DNA of 63,934 nt, counting the filler, from Atractiella rhizophila (Eukaryota): assembly GCA_021432655.1 (NCBI GenBank). It is 7 parts of 7 records of this genome, joined end to end, with 100 filler letters (N's around TTAATTAATTAA, not from the genome) between each part and the next. Parts side by side here need not be neighbours in the genome. Positions count along the whole stretch, not along the records: positions 26,124 to 39,064 come from MU271994.1; 6 more parts are not named here. The stretch is one strand, 5' to 3'. Shown here piece by piece: positions 26,124 through 38,701 of this stretch. The notes beneath the pieces were generated by a model. That model saw only the letters and a list, made by a program, of their open reading frames with translations, did not search any database and was not told the origin of the DNA. Numbering within the stretch: position 1 is the first letter of the stretch; each line of letters begins with the position of its first letter. Both the position numbers and the translations under genes were made by a program.

Positions 26124-27251
26124 ACGAACGAAGTAGCAGAAGATGTGCTCGTCACCCGTCCTTCAGAACCTCGTCGAAACCAGCGATCTAGCTCGTTCAA
26201 TGCCTTCTCCCACGCGGCACCAAAACGTCCTCCCCGTCCAGAACGCGGACTGTCCATCCTCTACTCCGACGACCAGACGATTATTCCTCCTACCACTGAG
26301 CAGGTGGACTTGAAGGAGAACTCGGAAGCTCCAGTTTCAACCGATCTCCCTCCATCGTCTCCCGTTGAACCATTCAATGCTTTTGCTCATACCTCGAAAC
26401 GACGCTCGCGTCCTAATTCAGCCGAACACAACGTCACTGTCGTCCCTCCAACGCCGGGTGCAGAAACCAACGTTGTAGAAGAACCGGAACCAACAGCAGA
26501 GCCAGTCAAGGCTCCGACCCCACCTCCTGCTGGACCGTTTAACCCTTTTGCGCACGCGCCTAGACGTCCTTGTCCCAAGCGACCTTCGGAGGCGTCTCTT
26601 GCTTCTTCCTCTCCCCCTGCTCCGCAAGCAGAGCTTCAGTCGGAAAAATCCGATGTTGCAGCGCCAGTACCCATTCCTCCTCCAGTGACTGAGCCGTTCA
26701 ACGCTTTCTCTCACCTGAGACGCTCTTCACGTCCAGAGAAAACCCCATCACCGCCTCCGCCCGCAGCTCCTGCTGAAAAAATTGCGAAGGAGGAGGGACA
26801 GAGGATGGAGATTTTCAATGTCTCTTGGATTAATACTCCTGCGGCTGCGCCTGCACCCGCAAAGGTGAAGCCGCCTGTCGACCGCTCGTGTAAGCCAACG
26901 GTTGCACTGCAAGCTGAGGCAGAAGTTGTCGCTGCGGATCAAGTGGAGGAGCCTGTTGTTGCTGTATTCAAGGTTGAAAAGGAAGAGAAGGTTGAAGAGG
27001 CGGTACCAGTACCGCATGTGAGGGAGCAAGGAATATTCAATATGACGTGGAAGACGAAATTGGAAGAGATGAAGAATGGCACGCTGAGTGATGCCCCGCC
27101 GTTCATCACTTCCACCGACGGCACTCCCACTCCAGAGACTTCTGCAACTCTGGTTGGAATAGGAACGGATATTACGCCGCCATTCGATCTAGAGCTTGAG
27201 GAGGAGGAGACACTCGTGTTCGATGGTAGAGCGTTTGTGAAACAGAATTGA
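26124..27251 (+). CDS. C-terminal part of a low-complexity Pro/Glu-rich protein with repeated FN(A/P)F(S/A)H motifs
   Basis: Long open frame from the gap edge to TGA at 27251. Confidence 0.7.
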   Translation, partial: TNEVAEDVLVTRPSEPRRNQRSSSFNAFSHAAPKRPPRPERGLSILYSDDQTIIPPTTEQVDLKENSEAPVSTDLPPSSPVEPFNAFAHTSKRRSRPNSAEHNVTVVPPTPGAETNVVEEPEPTAEPVKAPTPPPAGPFNPFAHAPRRPCPKRPSEASLASSSPPAPQAELQSEKSDVAAPVPIPPPVTEPFNAFSHLRRSSRPEKTPSPPPPAAPAEKIAKEEGQRMEIFNVSWINTPAAAPAPAKVKPPVDRSCKPTVALQAEAEVVAADQVEEPVVAVFKVEKEEKVEEAVPVPHVREQGIFNMTWKTKLEEMKNGTLSDAPPFITSTDGTPTPETSATLVGIGTDITPPFDLELEEEETLVFDGRAFVKQN

Positions 27252-27527
27252 TAACCAAAAGTATGGACACTTCAGACATTTCCACCGTGAATCCTTTTTC
27301 AGCATCGATTACTTACACCAATCTAGTTGCATGTCGTCTTGTATCACTGTCATATTAGTTCAGCATTGTAACTTGTTCCTTTCTCACTTTTCGCGTCGGC
27401 GACCGTACGTACTATTGTTGATTACTCTTGCTGCCTGCAAAATTATTGCGAGGGGGGAGATTAAACTAAGACGCAATAGAAAATCGGGAAGCACGTGATC
27501 CTCGCTGAGAAATCGTAAACGACGAAA

Positions 27528-28479
27528 ATGTCAACTCCAGCCATCGTATCGCGACTTTCTCGAATAAAGCACATCCTACTCGTCCTATCTGGCAAAGGAG
27601 GTGTGGGGAAATCAAGTATAAGCGTCCAAATCTGTCTTTCCCTGTTGCACCTCCATCCTTCCTCCCATGTTGCATTGCTCGATGTGGATCTTACTGGGCC
27701 TTCCATCCCACGCATGCTGTCGCTCACTGGAGAACCCGTCTATCAATCTACGGAAGGTTGGGTACCTGTAAAGTGCGAGGTGCCACAGGACGTGAAAGAG
27801 AAGGGAGGGAAGTTGGAAGTGATGAGCTTAGGATTCTTGATCAAGGATGGAAGGGAGGGTGGAAGCGTGGTGTGGAGAGGTCCGAAGAAGGGTGGAATGA
27901 TTGAGAAATTTTTAGGAGAAGTACGATGGGGAGAGGCAGATTGGTTAGTTATAGATACGCCACCAGGTGAGGTCAATCTTTTCCTACTTTCAAGAGCTGA
28001 CTAGGTTCTAAGGCACTTCGGACGAACATATCTCTCTTTTAGAATATATCACTCCTCTACTTAACCCGTCTCTTCCTTCCGCACCAACTCTTCATTCCGT
28101 CCTCGTCACGACTCCTCAGTCGATATCTCTCTTGGATGTGTCCAAAGAATTGAATTTTTGTCGTCGAGTCCAGCTCCCGGTTCTAGGTCTCGTCGAGAAT
28201 ATGTCAGGATACGTCTGCCCTCATTGTGGAGAGATTGTCGGGATCTTTGGAACAGGTGGAGGAGAAGACTTCTGCAAGAAGGATGAAGAGGGTTTGCGAT
28301 ACTTAGGCAGGGTCCCCATCGAGCGAGAGCTGGGCGCTATTCTGGACGGCAGCGACTTGAGGGACAAAGAGAAACCGTTATTGGAGAGGTATCGAGGCAC
28401 AAATACTTTCCCGATATTTATTCGGATAGCGGAGACCATTTCTGGCTTGATACGGAATGTAGAAATTGAAAATGCATAG
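27528..28479 (+). CDS. CFD1: Cytosolic Fe-S cluster assembly P-loop NTPase Cfd1/NUBP2
   Basis: [48 protein letters not shown]; lacks the N-terminal Cys cluster of Nbp35; one intron. Confidence 0.92.
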
Positions 28480-28566
28480 AACACCTTGTACTTCTACTTG
28501 TTGTAAAATGACATGGATATGCTAAATGCTAACTCTAACTGCACACCTTACGAGCAAATAAACACA

Positions 28567-29577
28567 CTATCCAAACCTCCTCTCCAGTCTTTCATACACC
28601 CACCAAATGATTGCACTACTCGGAGCGCTCCTTGCGATGGTAACTCCCATGCCAGCGTAGAAGCCGCGCACACCTCGCACTTTCCAAATTTCTCTCGCTT
28701 TTCCCCAGAAAGTACTTTTCTTCAACCCATTCTCTTCCTCTGTTTGGATAGCGCTCTTGATACAATCGGCAGGGAAGAATGAGACGTTGTAAGCTACACC
28801 AGCGAGAGCGCCAGATGTGAGGAGCTCAGGTGTCGAGAGAGGGGTTTGAGGCGAGGAATGTCGTGATTGAAAGAACGCTTTCGAATAGCTGAAAACGGTA
28901 AACCACGCCATTCCTCCTCCCGTCTCCCGTATTAGGGTCCCCGTCTGACCCAGCCAGAGTCCTCGAACTCCATGGTCCCGCAAGACTCCTTGGAACATCT
29001 CGACGGGTCCAGGGGCACTGGCGAGTGAGAGAGCCGGTTGGAGCATCTGCACTTGTAGACGACACTTTATGAGTTCGACGGGCGTGAGGACAAAAGAGGC
29101 TGAGCAACCGGCGAGGGCGGAAGAGATGAGAAGAGGTCCGATTGGTGGGTTTGTGGATGATGAAGCTTGAGGTGCGAGGAGTGCTAGTGAGGACCGGTAG
29201 ACGAAGAAGAGAGTTGCGTTTTCAAGCATAGCGCCGAGAACTGGCATGGAGAGTCCCTACAATATTGATAAATGACTAAACAATCCAAACTTAAAGTCCT
29301 TTAATCGCTCACGCGGTAGAGCCCACGGAAGCCTTCATGCTTCACGGTTCTTATGGCACAGTCTACAGGACCTCGAAAGGTTTCTTTTCCCGTTGCATCG
29401 AGAGGTTGGGACTGTAATCGCACTTTGACGAGGTCGAAGGGATGCTCAAAGACTTTTGAAATCATCCCTGCTGCCTGATATCCCGTCAATACCCCTGGAA
29501 AGTCCAAAGGGGAGCGGAAGGCATACCGAACCATAGGAGATGTCTTTCAAGGCAGCATTAGTTCGTTGCTCCGACAT
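28567..29577 (-). CDS. Mitochondrial carrier, ornithine/basic amino acid type (Ort1-like)
   Basis: MSEQ..KDISYGS|AAGMISKVFEHPFDLVKVRLQ, ENATLF, TPVELIKCRLQ, GTLIRETGG, FPADCIKSAIQ: three Px(D/E)xx(K/R) repeats. Confidence 0.88.
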
Positions 29578-30326
29578 GGCGACACTTCAATGGAACAGAG
29601 TCTGTAAAATTCTGCTGTATATTTTCGATAGACAGCGAACGGAACAGGGCAAAGACGATTGCAGCTGATCCCAAAGGGTGAACTTGAAGTTGCGGTCAGC
29701 AAATGCCAGACAAGTTGAGATAGAAATACAGAGTTTGCGTTCTCCTTCAACTTGATTTTCACCGTTGTCGGCGCAGAGTCGAATGGCAGGATCAGACGGC
29801 GCAGCAGACGGCGCAAGGAAAGAAATGTTGTCTGATGTTGGATGTGAGAGATATTGGTTCGGCGTTGGGAGATTAAGGTTACACCAAACTCCTTCCCGAG
29901 AAACAGCAACCTTATTCTGAAGACCAAGAGCAACTCTTTCTCCATCAGGCATCGTCGCATCGTCGTTTCTTTCAACCCTTTGTCATTTGTGATGTGACTA
30001 GCTAGAGATGCATCGACGTATTAAGCTAATTTTGCCGAGCAGCTAGCGAAACAGAGGCACGGACGAAAGCTGAAGCAAGAGCATTTGCATCCGTGAAGGA
30101 GAGAACTTGAGACAGACGCGCAAAATGAACAACCATGAAGAAAACGTCATACATAGGGGTCTCGAGCCTTTTGCTGTAATGTTTTGTGATCGCGTCCGAC
30201 TTCTCTCTTCTCCAACCTCGAAGTTTTCGGCCAGCTGCTTCTGGCGACAAGGGAAAGGGAATAAGGAATGAACCAAGGAATTGATTGCGAATCCAGGTAA
30301 GGACCCTTTCAGAAAAATGCCTCATT

Positions 30327-31763
30327 ATGAATAACGAAATCTCAAGGAGAAACGAGGCAACTATACGGCCCATGGAACCGCATATGGAGCCTCGAACATC
30401 GCTCTCGTCCAACAGCTCATGGTATCAGAGTCACCAGTCCAGTCTTGGGAGGGAATGGGGTGCGAAGATTGACGAACAAATTTCAACGGAACACGAGGAA
30501 AGCGTCGAGGACGCTCCAAGGGAGATTTCAAACCCAGAACAGGCGACCCCTTCGCAGGCTTGTCTCCTGTTGGCCCAGTCAAGGACTGAAGCCGCTCCAT
30601 CCCAAAAGCCAATTTCTCTTCCAATCCCAATTCGACCTTCCCTCATATCCAACCCTTCTTACCCGTCGACAAATTCGCCACTCTCCTTCCCACCGGAACT
30701 GACGATTATATCAAGGCCCCGCCATTCCTCTCCTACCTCTACTCCTCCACTTTGGGCACCACAATCTTCTAGCCCTTTCCCCTTCGTCGCTCCGTCCATC
30801 TCCTTAGCATCAGTATATACCGATGCTACAGGAAACAACCGTTCGCCCACTCCCCAACCTTCAACCGTCATTTTGAAGCGTTCCGATTCGGGAATAGGAC
30901 CGCCCGATCTCCTGCAAACTCACCATCAACACGATCCCAGCCTAGAACTGGGGTCATCTTATAGTCCAACGGATGATGATGATAACCAGAAGGTTTTATA
31001 CAGACTTCGAGAGCAAGGGAGAGTGAAGGATCAGAGCATGAGCGAAATCGACATTTGGAGGAGGAGTGTGACGAGGACACGAAATTCGAACCTGGAGACA
31101 AGGAGTTTGGAACGGTTCAAGGATCAAAACTCTGATCTTGAAAGTGGAGACGATGCAGCTGATGAAGCCGAAGAGGTAAATGCAAGATTGGGAACGGTCT
31201 CTGATCCCACTCCGCTCCGTGGACAGGCAGAGACAGATCACAAGCTACCCACGACGCTCAGGAACCTCAAACTCTTTCTTTCAATATCAGTCTGCTTCAA
31301 TACCATCATTCTTTACGCCTCTGTCCCCACTACTTTTTCCTTTAAGTCACTTCCCGGATGGATCGTAGCCTTGCTGGAGTGCTACGTCATTGGCAATATT
31401 TCATTGGTTGGCTTTCTCCATTCTTCTCACAAGGTGGCAATAACCTTTACACGTTCACGGCTGCCACAGGGTACTGTCTCCCCGCATCGAGGTATCTACT
31501 ACGCAGTTTTTGCAGCCGCCTTCATTGGCCAAGTTGCATCTACTTGCGAAGACATCATCGTCTGTCGCTGCCTCGAGAACGGTCCTGTTCAGTTCAAATT
31601 GATAGGATTTATACTTATAACGATGCTCGCCTTGTGGAGTTTGAGAGGGTACCATGCAAGCTTGGACAAGGTTATGATGGACAAAAGGTTCAAGATCTCA
31701 GAAAGAAACAAGACAGGGCAGAGGGACGGTGCGTCATTCGCAACAGCGTTGGGTCAAAATTGA
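30327..31763 (+). CDS. Hypothetical protein, disordered N-terminus plus ~4 TM segments
   Basis: Long ORF with hydrophobic stretches near the C-terminus; may splice to the next ORF. Confidence 0.55.
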   Translation: MNNEISRRNEATIRPMEPHMEPRTSLSSNSSWYQSHQSSLGREWGAKIDEQISTEHEESVEDAPREISNPEQATPSQACLLLAQSRTEAAPSQKPISLPIPIRPSLISNPSYPSTNSPLSFPPELTIISRPRHSSPTSTPPLWAPQSSSPFPFVAPSISLASVYTDATGNNRSPTPQPSTVILKRSDSGIGPPDLLQTHHQHDPSLELGSSYSPTDDDDNQKVLYRLREQGRVKDQSMSEIDIWRRSVTRTRNSNLETRSLERFKDQNSDLESGDDAADEAEEVNARLGTVSDPTPLRGQAETDHKLPTTLRNLKLFLSISVCFNTIILYASVPTTFSFKSLPGWIVALLECYVIGNISLVGFLHSSHKVAITFTRSRLPQGTVSPHRGIYYAVFAAAFIGQVASTCEDIIVCRCLENGPVQFKLIGFILITMLALWSLRGYHASLDKVMMDKRFKISERNKTGQRDGASFATALGQN

Positions 31764-31814
31764 CAGAGGCAGCAAGCTGTATCCACGTCACTTGTTGGGA
31801 CCATCAACAGATTC

Positions 31815-32639
31815 ATGTCCCAAGTAATCGATAACCTTCGCCCACGAACACGGTCGTCTCAGCTTCTCACCTCCGGTGGAGACAGCAAGCTATCTGTCAA
31901 CTATGGGGCTTTGTCTCATCTCCATCACCAAAGAGCCGAAAGTTGGTTTTCGGAGCATCCTCAAGCTTCAGGTGATGACGTTTCTCCGCCTCTTATCACT
32001 TGGGACGACATGCAACAGACAACTGTCAAAACCGTGCACATAAACTCCGAAAGCCTCCCTCCCTCGCCCCCAACGGAGACTCTGGTTCAGAATCTCGATG
32101 TTGAACGGTCAGGAACCAACAGCAGTGGCTTTCGGACTCTAAAGAAACGTGACCAAGGAAAAAATCTCAGAGAAGAATATTTCAGCAGTGTCTCTTCACG
32201 GGGAAGCGCACCGGTGGCTGCCACGATGGGAACCCTTACAGATCCAACTCAAAACGAGGGTGACCACTCTCATCAGCAAAATATCCCTCAAGAATCCCCG
32301 ACGATTACGATTTCTTCATCCTCTCCGAGGTACGAACGGCACCGCTGCCTGTCCCCAACACCGTGCGAAGAAGGAGCAAAGGTATTGCCTGTACCATCGG
32401 ACGAAGAGGAGGAAGACTTTGTGTCGACTGAAGAGGAAGCGAGCTTCACAGCCTTTCTGCAGCCAACATCAACCTTTTCTACTGCGTCAACGTCACCAGT
32501 AACATTGCAGCCGTCGAGAAAAAGAGTGACATATGTGCGGATGATGGATGGACGGCTCGTAAGGAAGCTTTCCACCATCGAAAGTCTAGGTGATCTGGAA
32601 AGAAGCGAGGAGGAAGAAAGTCTGCCGTTTGATGAATGA
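31815..32639 (+). CDS. Hypothetical Ser/Pro-rich ORF, possibly the last exon of the preceding gene
   Basis: 274-aa ORF ending YVRMMDGRLVRKLSTIES..; starts 51 nt after the previous stop. Confidence 0.5.
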   Translation: MSQVIDNLRPRTRSSQLLTSGGDSKLSVNYGALSHLHHQRAESWFSEHPQASGDDVSPPLITWDDMQQTTVKTVHINSESLPPSPPTETLVQNLDVERSGTNSSGFRTLKKRDQGKNLREEYFSSVSSRGSAPVAATMGTLTDPTQNEGDHSHQQNIPQESPTITISSSSPRYERHRCLSPTPCEEGAKVLPVPSDEEEEDFVSTEEEASFTAFLQPTSTFSTASTSPVTLQPSRKRVTYVRMMDGRLVRKLSTIESLGDLERSEEEESLPFDE

Positions 32640-33109
32640 ACACTTTGCAGGTCCGGATCCTCTCTAATCATTTCGCATTCATTCTCAGAGTCCATTGCCC
32701 TTACAAACGCCATTACTTTCTAAACATCTGAATCATTCGAGGCCTGTTGCAACTACGCATATCACTTACTGCTACATGCTACATAGAAGTTGTCCTCGAG
32801 TCGTGTAATCCCCATGGCACAAATACTTGCATGGTACATATTTTATACTGTGTTAAATCTAGTTAAGTCGTTGTGGCTCGACTGGGCCCAACTTGAATGC
32901 TGGCATCGCGACAGGCATTCCGCCAGCACTGGTCCTGCAGGCCATCCCAGTTGAAGGCAAAATATGTAATCTTCCTTCAACGGCGGAAGAAAGCGATTAT
33001 TGCAAAGATGGTTCCTTGTTCAGTTGTACTAGCTACTTCCCTGTGATACCTTTGCAATCTGTTACCAGTGCTGATATATTCCTATTCTCTTAACTAACAC
33101 TTTGTAAGT

Positions 33110-36100
33110 TCACGCTCGCTCGGATGAGAGCTTCAGCTGGAAATTTGTCTGATTCGGCATCGATATCGCAAGCTGCAATGTTGATGTGAACTTAGAAGTT
33201 AGCCGCGATGGACGGATAAACTTGGAGCATCCTCCCATGATCTTCCCGTGTCCCGAGTATTTCGCCTGTAGGGCCTCAAACTTCAAACATATATTAGTAT
33301 CCATCAACGTCCCCAAAACACCCCTGTTGCTCAAGGAACCATGAACATTTTCCACTGCGTCTCCAACGGAGGTTCTTCCAACTGAGGGATCAAGCTCTTC
33401 TTGAGAAGAATGACTTGCTCCCTCCTCGTCCTCACGTCTTCTAATGCTTCGTTTACCATCTTCAGCCTCTCAAGATTCACCCCTCCTTCCCACGAGAATC
33501 TCCTGGCAAGGAGTTTCAGCCTGTTGAGGTGTTGGTGAGTTTATTTCCCACAAGCGGAGGAGTGCGAACGAACGTGTTTCCTTGTTCCATCCTCTTCTCA
33601 AAGACTGAGTCATGTGCGTCAATCAGATAATCTCTGATGTAGACAAATCCTCTTGGGAGGAACTCGAAACTCTTCCACCACACCTGTCTTAGATGAAACA
33701 TGGGGAGGTGGTCTCGCATCTGTTCATTACCTCATTGGGTTAAGATGGGATGGTCGAATTTCGCTTGCACCCACCTTGGTACCCCAAGTCAGGTAGGCTG
33801 CAACTGCATGTACCATCCCATCAACCTTGATTTTCATCTTGTCATGCAGACCTCTCATTCTCTCCAAGACTGGCGATGCCTCAGATCCTTGGGATGCCAA
33901 AAGCAAGACATCCGTCAAACAAGAGAACATGTAGAAGATCGAGACTGCCGTCCTCGCAAGGTCATCCACAGTGACCGAGAGCGATTCGTCTCCCCACTCC
34001 TGCGTTCTTCGCAATGTAGGGCTCTGGTGGAACTCGGGAGGTCGGTGAGAATCATATTCCTTCTTTGACGATTCTTCCACTACCTGCTCCTTGTCGTCTG
34101 GGTCAATTTGTACGACCTCTATCGTTGTTGCCGATTTTGGCGGTGCAAAGGTATCACAAGCTGAGAGGGAGGAGTCGTGGTAGAAGGATGTGGATGAACG
34201 CCAGTCCTGTCGATCACACCACTTGTTGAACATGGACGATAGCAGGTGGAAAGCTGTCAGAGGAGGAAGTTGACGGGCAGTGTACACTGCGGTAGTCACG
34301 GATCAAATATTATAAGCGTCACAAAGAGCACCCTCACCGCAAACACAAGTCATTCGCTCAATGACCAAACTGGTAGCCCATACTGCGTAGTTATTGGCGA
34401 CAGTGTATCGGTAGAGCGGAGGAGGAATGCGTACCTAGTCGATGATGCTCCTTTAAGCTTTGTGGACGAGGCACTGCGTCCTTTCCTGGCCAAGTCGCGA
34501 ACATAGACGCGGGGATAGAGGGGTCCGCTTTCAGGACCTCAAGAATGATATTGTCCGATCTGTGACCACAGGTAAGATCGTGGATGTGGCCAATAGGATA
34601 GACACACATATAAGGCAACCTCTCACCCCGTATAGCCAAATCCGCATCTCTTGACAGAAGACGTTCGAAAAGTTTCGCACGCTCCATCTCATCCTTGAAA
34701 TATCGTTCCTCCGAGTTCGCATTCGAATCTTCGTCTGCCTGTCCTTGGAATATGATTTCTTGCTCAAGGAATGTTTGACGTTCTTCTGACGAGGCAGAAG
34801 ATGGAGGGCTCCTGGGAGAGGTGGAGCGGCTGCTTCGGGAAGTAGAAGACGTGCCCGCTGTGATCGAAGTTGAAATGGTTGGAGGACCAGTGGGAGATCC
34901 CACTGGTATTCGAAGGAAATGTTCGAATCCCCAACGTGCATAGTCATCGCAAGCACCTTGTGCTCCACTGTCAAACGCCGAAAATGAGAGGGGTCAGCAG
35001 CATACCTTTGACATAACAGGAATTGATGACCCCCAGATAAAAATCCACAGTTTCCTTACTCGGTTGGATCATTCCACCTTGTTCGTTCGCGTAGATGAAC
35101 TTCTCCCTCAACCGCACTATTTCGTCCGCCGCTCGCTCTCGTGCCTCTCCAAACTTCCAGATATCCTCTTCTGTTGTCCAGAGAGAGCTAGGGATTGAAT
35201 TTGCCAGAGCGGGACCGATGATTGTCTGTTGCGTATTGTGTCAAAACCCGAACGCCTCACGCAGAGAATCAAAGAACGCACAGAGTGGGAAGTGCATTTC
35301 GTACCTCGAGCACAGTAGACGAGAATGCGTAGCTACGATGGAGAAACCGTAAATAATGTAGGTAACGTAAAAATGAAGGACAAACTTTCTCTAAGGTCGA
35401 AAGATCCGGCGAGTGTATGTTCCGTCCACATCTTTCGAAGGCAAGGAAGAGGTTTGGATATTGCAGTGCATGGTAGTTACCAATACTAGGTTTCTGAATA
35501 TCTAGTCCCACTATCAACCCGATCCACAACGTCAATATTAATCTCCACAGGATCTTCGAAGGGAGCGGGAGAACAGAAGAGGAAAGACGGACTTTGTAAC
35601 AGATCAGAGAGTAGGTACGAGTTCATCTCAACCTTGATCAGCTGATTTTCAGACGTGCTGGGAACTCCAGTCATCATGTTCTCAAGCAGCTTCTCAAACT
35701 TTGCTTGGTGCCTGCGATATTTTTCGTCCTCTGGTCGGACAAGGGTTCTGCGTGCATTCCCATTACTTGAACCCACATCACTGATCGTACCGCTGGTCCC
35801 GTAAACGCTCTTTGCTTGCTCAATCCTATGAGCAGAATTCAGTATGATTCGATTTCGATGCATTACGCAAGCGGACGGCACACCTTTTCCCAGTCTTTGG
35901 GCCAGTTTTCTTCCGTTCATATTCGTAAGTGCATCTGTCCCGAGAATTATTTCAACTTATCCCTGTTACTGTAGGTCCGGGCGACAAACTCTTTACCGCG
36001 GTCTCGACACCATTGACACGTCGTCTCTCCTATTCGGCATTCTTCTCATCAGGACTATATGTGTTTTGGGGAAAGACGAGAATGCACGCACCCTCCCCTT

Positions 36101-36268
36101 TCTTGCAGCCTCGCCGTCCTCGTCTGCAGGCATCGCACGACTGTTTAGCCATCGTTGTTCGTGCTTTGAGCTAAGAAGTCGGACAGTTCGTTGAGGCTGA
36201 TATTCAGGCCACCAAGGGAGGCGCAAGACTGATGACTCGCTCTGGGAGATTAGGAACGAAGAATGCAA
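33110..36268 (-). CDS. Large multi-exon hypothetical protein
   Basis: Series of minus-strand exon-sized ORFs separated by GT-AG intron-like gaps; no family recognised; boundaries approximate. Confidence 0.5.
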
Positions 36269-36577
36269 TACGCATGCAGAAGTGTTCAGAATGATGTTCC
36301 AGGATCAGGGAACGGCTACAGCTTGGGAGCAAGGGCTTACAAAGCGTCGCAGGTGTTAAGAACAATCTTTAGGAGGAGAGTCAAAGACTGATGGAATCGT
36401 AATGAGCAGTCAAGTATTATTGATGGTTGTCAAGAAACGTACATCCAAGTCTTCAGTTCCAGCATGTGCGGAAATTTGACAACCGCCAAAGGACCATCAC
36501 GTGATTCAACCTTGTTGATTCTTTTGCTTTGCAGATTCCTTTAGTTGCCAGTGAGACCCATCAAAGGGTACAGGCTC

Positions 36578-38287
36578 ATGCGCTTCAGTTTTGCGGCGTT
36601 TCCAAGGGTACTGAAGCGTATTACGCGAAATATGGAATCAGATCCATCCCTCGACAATCTCTCTCGCGACGAGTTGATCTCTACAGTACGGTCACTGCAG
36701 AGTCAGCTCACACAGCTCCAAAATCAAGCCGCATTGCCTTCTGCGTCAGAGAATGCATTGCAAAACAGTCAGGTGGAGAAGGAGAAGCCTTATTACCCTT
36801 CCCACCATCCCCAGTACATTCGCACGAAAATTGCCCTCCTCTTCTCTTATCAAGGGTCACACCACACAGGTCTCGCGTATACTCCGATGCAAAACAAAAA
36901 ACCGACCGTGGAAGAAATGTTGCTTCGGTCGCTCCTCAAATCCAAGCTCGTCGACCCGGTTTACGCGGACAATGGGACAATGGATCTTCAGCGAGTGTTG
37001 GAGGGATGTGAGTGGGAAAGGTGCGGAAGGACGGACGCAGGTGTGAGCGCGGCGGGTCAGGTGGTGGATCTTATGATTTATACGAGGAGACGGAAGCTCG
37101 CTGGCTTGGATTCGAGCCAAATGGCAGAACCGGAGCACGTCCCGTATCCTCTCATCCTCAACAAGCTTCTCCCACCTTCGATAAGGGTTCATGCCTGGTC
37201 TGAGGTTTCAGATAACTTCTCCTCTCGCCATTCGTGCACGTTTCGGCACTATAAATATTTCTTCACCACCTCTCTACAACCGCCACTCTTCTCCTCCTCG
37301 TCATCATCAATGACTGACCAAGTCTACTCATCGATGTTCTCTTGTCTACCTCCCTCGACAGAGCGCACGATGTCCCTATCCATACCTCTCATGCGTGAAG
37401 CTGCCTCTTGTTTTGTTGGCACACACGACTTCCGGAACTTCTGTCGAGTGGATGCCTCAAAGCAACTCACTCATCACATCCGCAACATCTACCGTGCCAG
37501 CATTGACCCAATCGACGAAAGCGCCGGCTTATATTGCTTCAACCTCGTTGGCTCTGGATTCCTCTACAACCAAGTTCGGCACATGATCGCGCTGCTCTTC
37601 CTCGTCGGCCAGGGCCTCGAACAACCAGATATCGTGAAGCGCCTGCTGTATACTTCCCACGCTCCGCCTCTTCCACCCGAATTTTTCACCGTCGTTCCAG
37701 GCATGCGACAATTCACAGAAGCATCTGATTCTAGCCTCATACCCGCTGAGAGAACGGAAGGGGATAAGGAGGGATGGGAGAAGATAGATAGGAAGCCAAA
37801 CTACGAGATAGCGGATGGAGAACCGCTCATGCTCTGGGCTTGCGGGTTCGACGAGAAGGATGTGCGTTGGCGATTCGATGCAAGTGAACCCGATCTAGAA
37901 ATAGCCAAAGGAGAAGTTGTGGGAGTGCCATGGAGGACAAGACCGCTCTATGCCCAGATGCATAATCGTGCAACTGCTTTAAAGATCGAGGGTTTGTTAG
38001 CGGATCATGCTTTACTGGCGTTCCTGGATTCCATTCATGCCTCCACCAATGCTTCTGCAACGACGGTTCAAGAGGCAGCGAACCTGAAAGGACAGTATCT
38101 CCAGAAATCATTAGCTAAATCGTCGTTCCAAAAATATGTCCCGATACTAGAAAGGAACAGGGGAGAAGATTTCAGTGTTGTCAACCTGCGCTGGATGGAG
38201 GGAAAAGGGAAGAAGAGGTTGGAAAAGGTTAATGCTAAGAAGGCCCAAAAGTCGTCTGATGCGGAGACGCCGAAGTGTGATGCATGA
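36578..38287 (+). CDS. DEG1: tRNA pseudouridine(38/39) synthase, TruA family
   Basis: KIALLFSYQG, CGRTDAGVSAAGQV, FSSRHSCTFRHYKYFF, GTHDFRNFC, GSGFLYNQVRHM; intronless. Confidence 0.88.
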   Translation: MRFSFAAFPRVLKRITRNMESDPSLDNLSRDELISTVRSLQSQLTQLQNQAALPSASENALQNSQVEKEKPYYPSHHPQYIRTKIALLFSYQGSHHTGLAYTPMQNKKPTVEEMLLRSLLKSKLVDPVYADNGTMDLQRVLEGCEWERCGRTDAGVSAAGQVVDLMIYTRRRKLAGLDSSQMAEPEHVPYPLILNKLLPPSIRVHAWSEVSDNFSSRHSCTFRHYKYFFTTSLQPPLFSSSSSSMTDQVYSSMFSCLPPSTERTMSLSIPLMREAASCFVGTHDFRNFCRVDASKQLTHHIRNIYRASIDPIDESAGLYCFNLVGSGFLYNQVRHMIALLFLVGQGLEQPDIVKRLLYTSHAPPLPPEFFTVVPGMRQFTEASDSSLIPAERTEGDKEGWEKIDRKPNYEIADGEPLMLWACGFDEKDVRWRFDASEPDLEIAKGEVVGVPWRTRPLYAQMHNRATALKIEGLLADHALLAFLDSIHASTNASATTVQEAANLKGQYLQKSLAKSSFQKYVPILERNRGEDFSVVNLRWMEGKGKKRLEKVNAKKAQKSSDAETPKCDA

Positions 38288-38701
38288 CCTTTGGAAAGCT
38301 TCAATATTTAATGGATGCTTGTCCGCTTCTCCGTAACATTTCTTGCCATCTTGCTGATGAAGATAATTGAATAGGCCCTTTGCATTCTTGAGGTGACTAT
38401 GGAAGAATAGAGGTTAATTGTTATTCTGTTTCATTTTGAGATCACTCCATATTTACATTGAGGGTATGCAGGGCTTGTTACAAGGAACAAATGTGGTAGC
38501 AACACGTTGAACACAGTTCTAAATAGTCCAATCCAAACAGGACATGAGACTAGAGGTGCACGCAGCAAGCAAAATGAAATGACGAAAACACTTCCAAAAA
38601 AACGATTCAAAAGTAAAGAATCTAATAGCAGACTCAAAGCGAAAACAAAAATGTCTAATGCTAGCGAAGTGGCTTCAATCAAGCCTCCTTTTCTTTGATT
38701 G

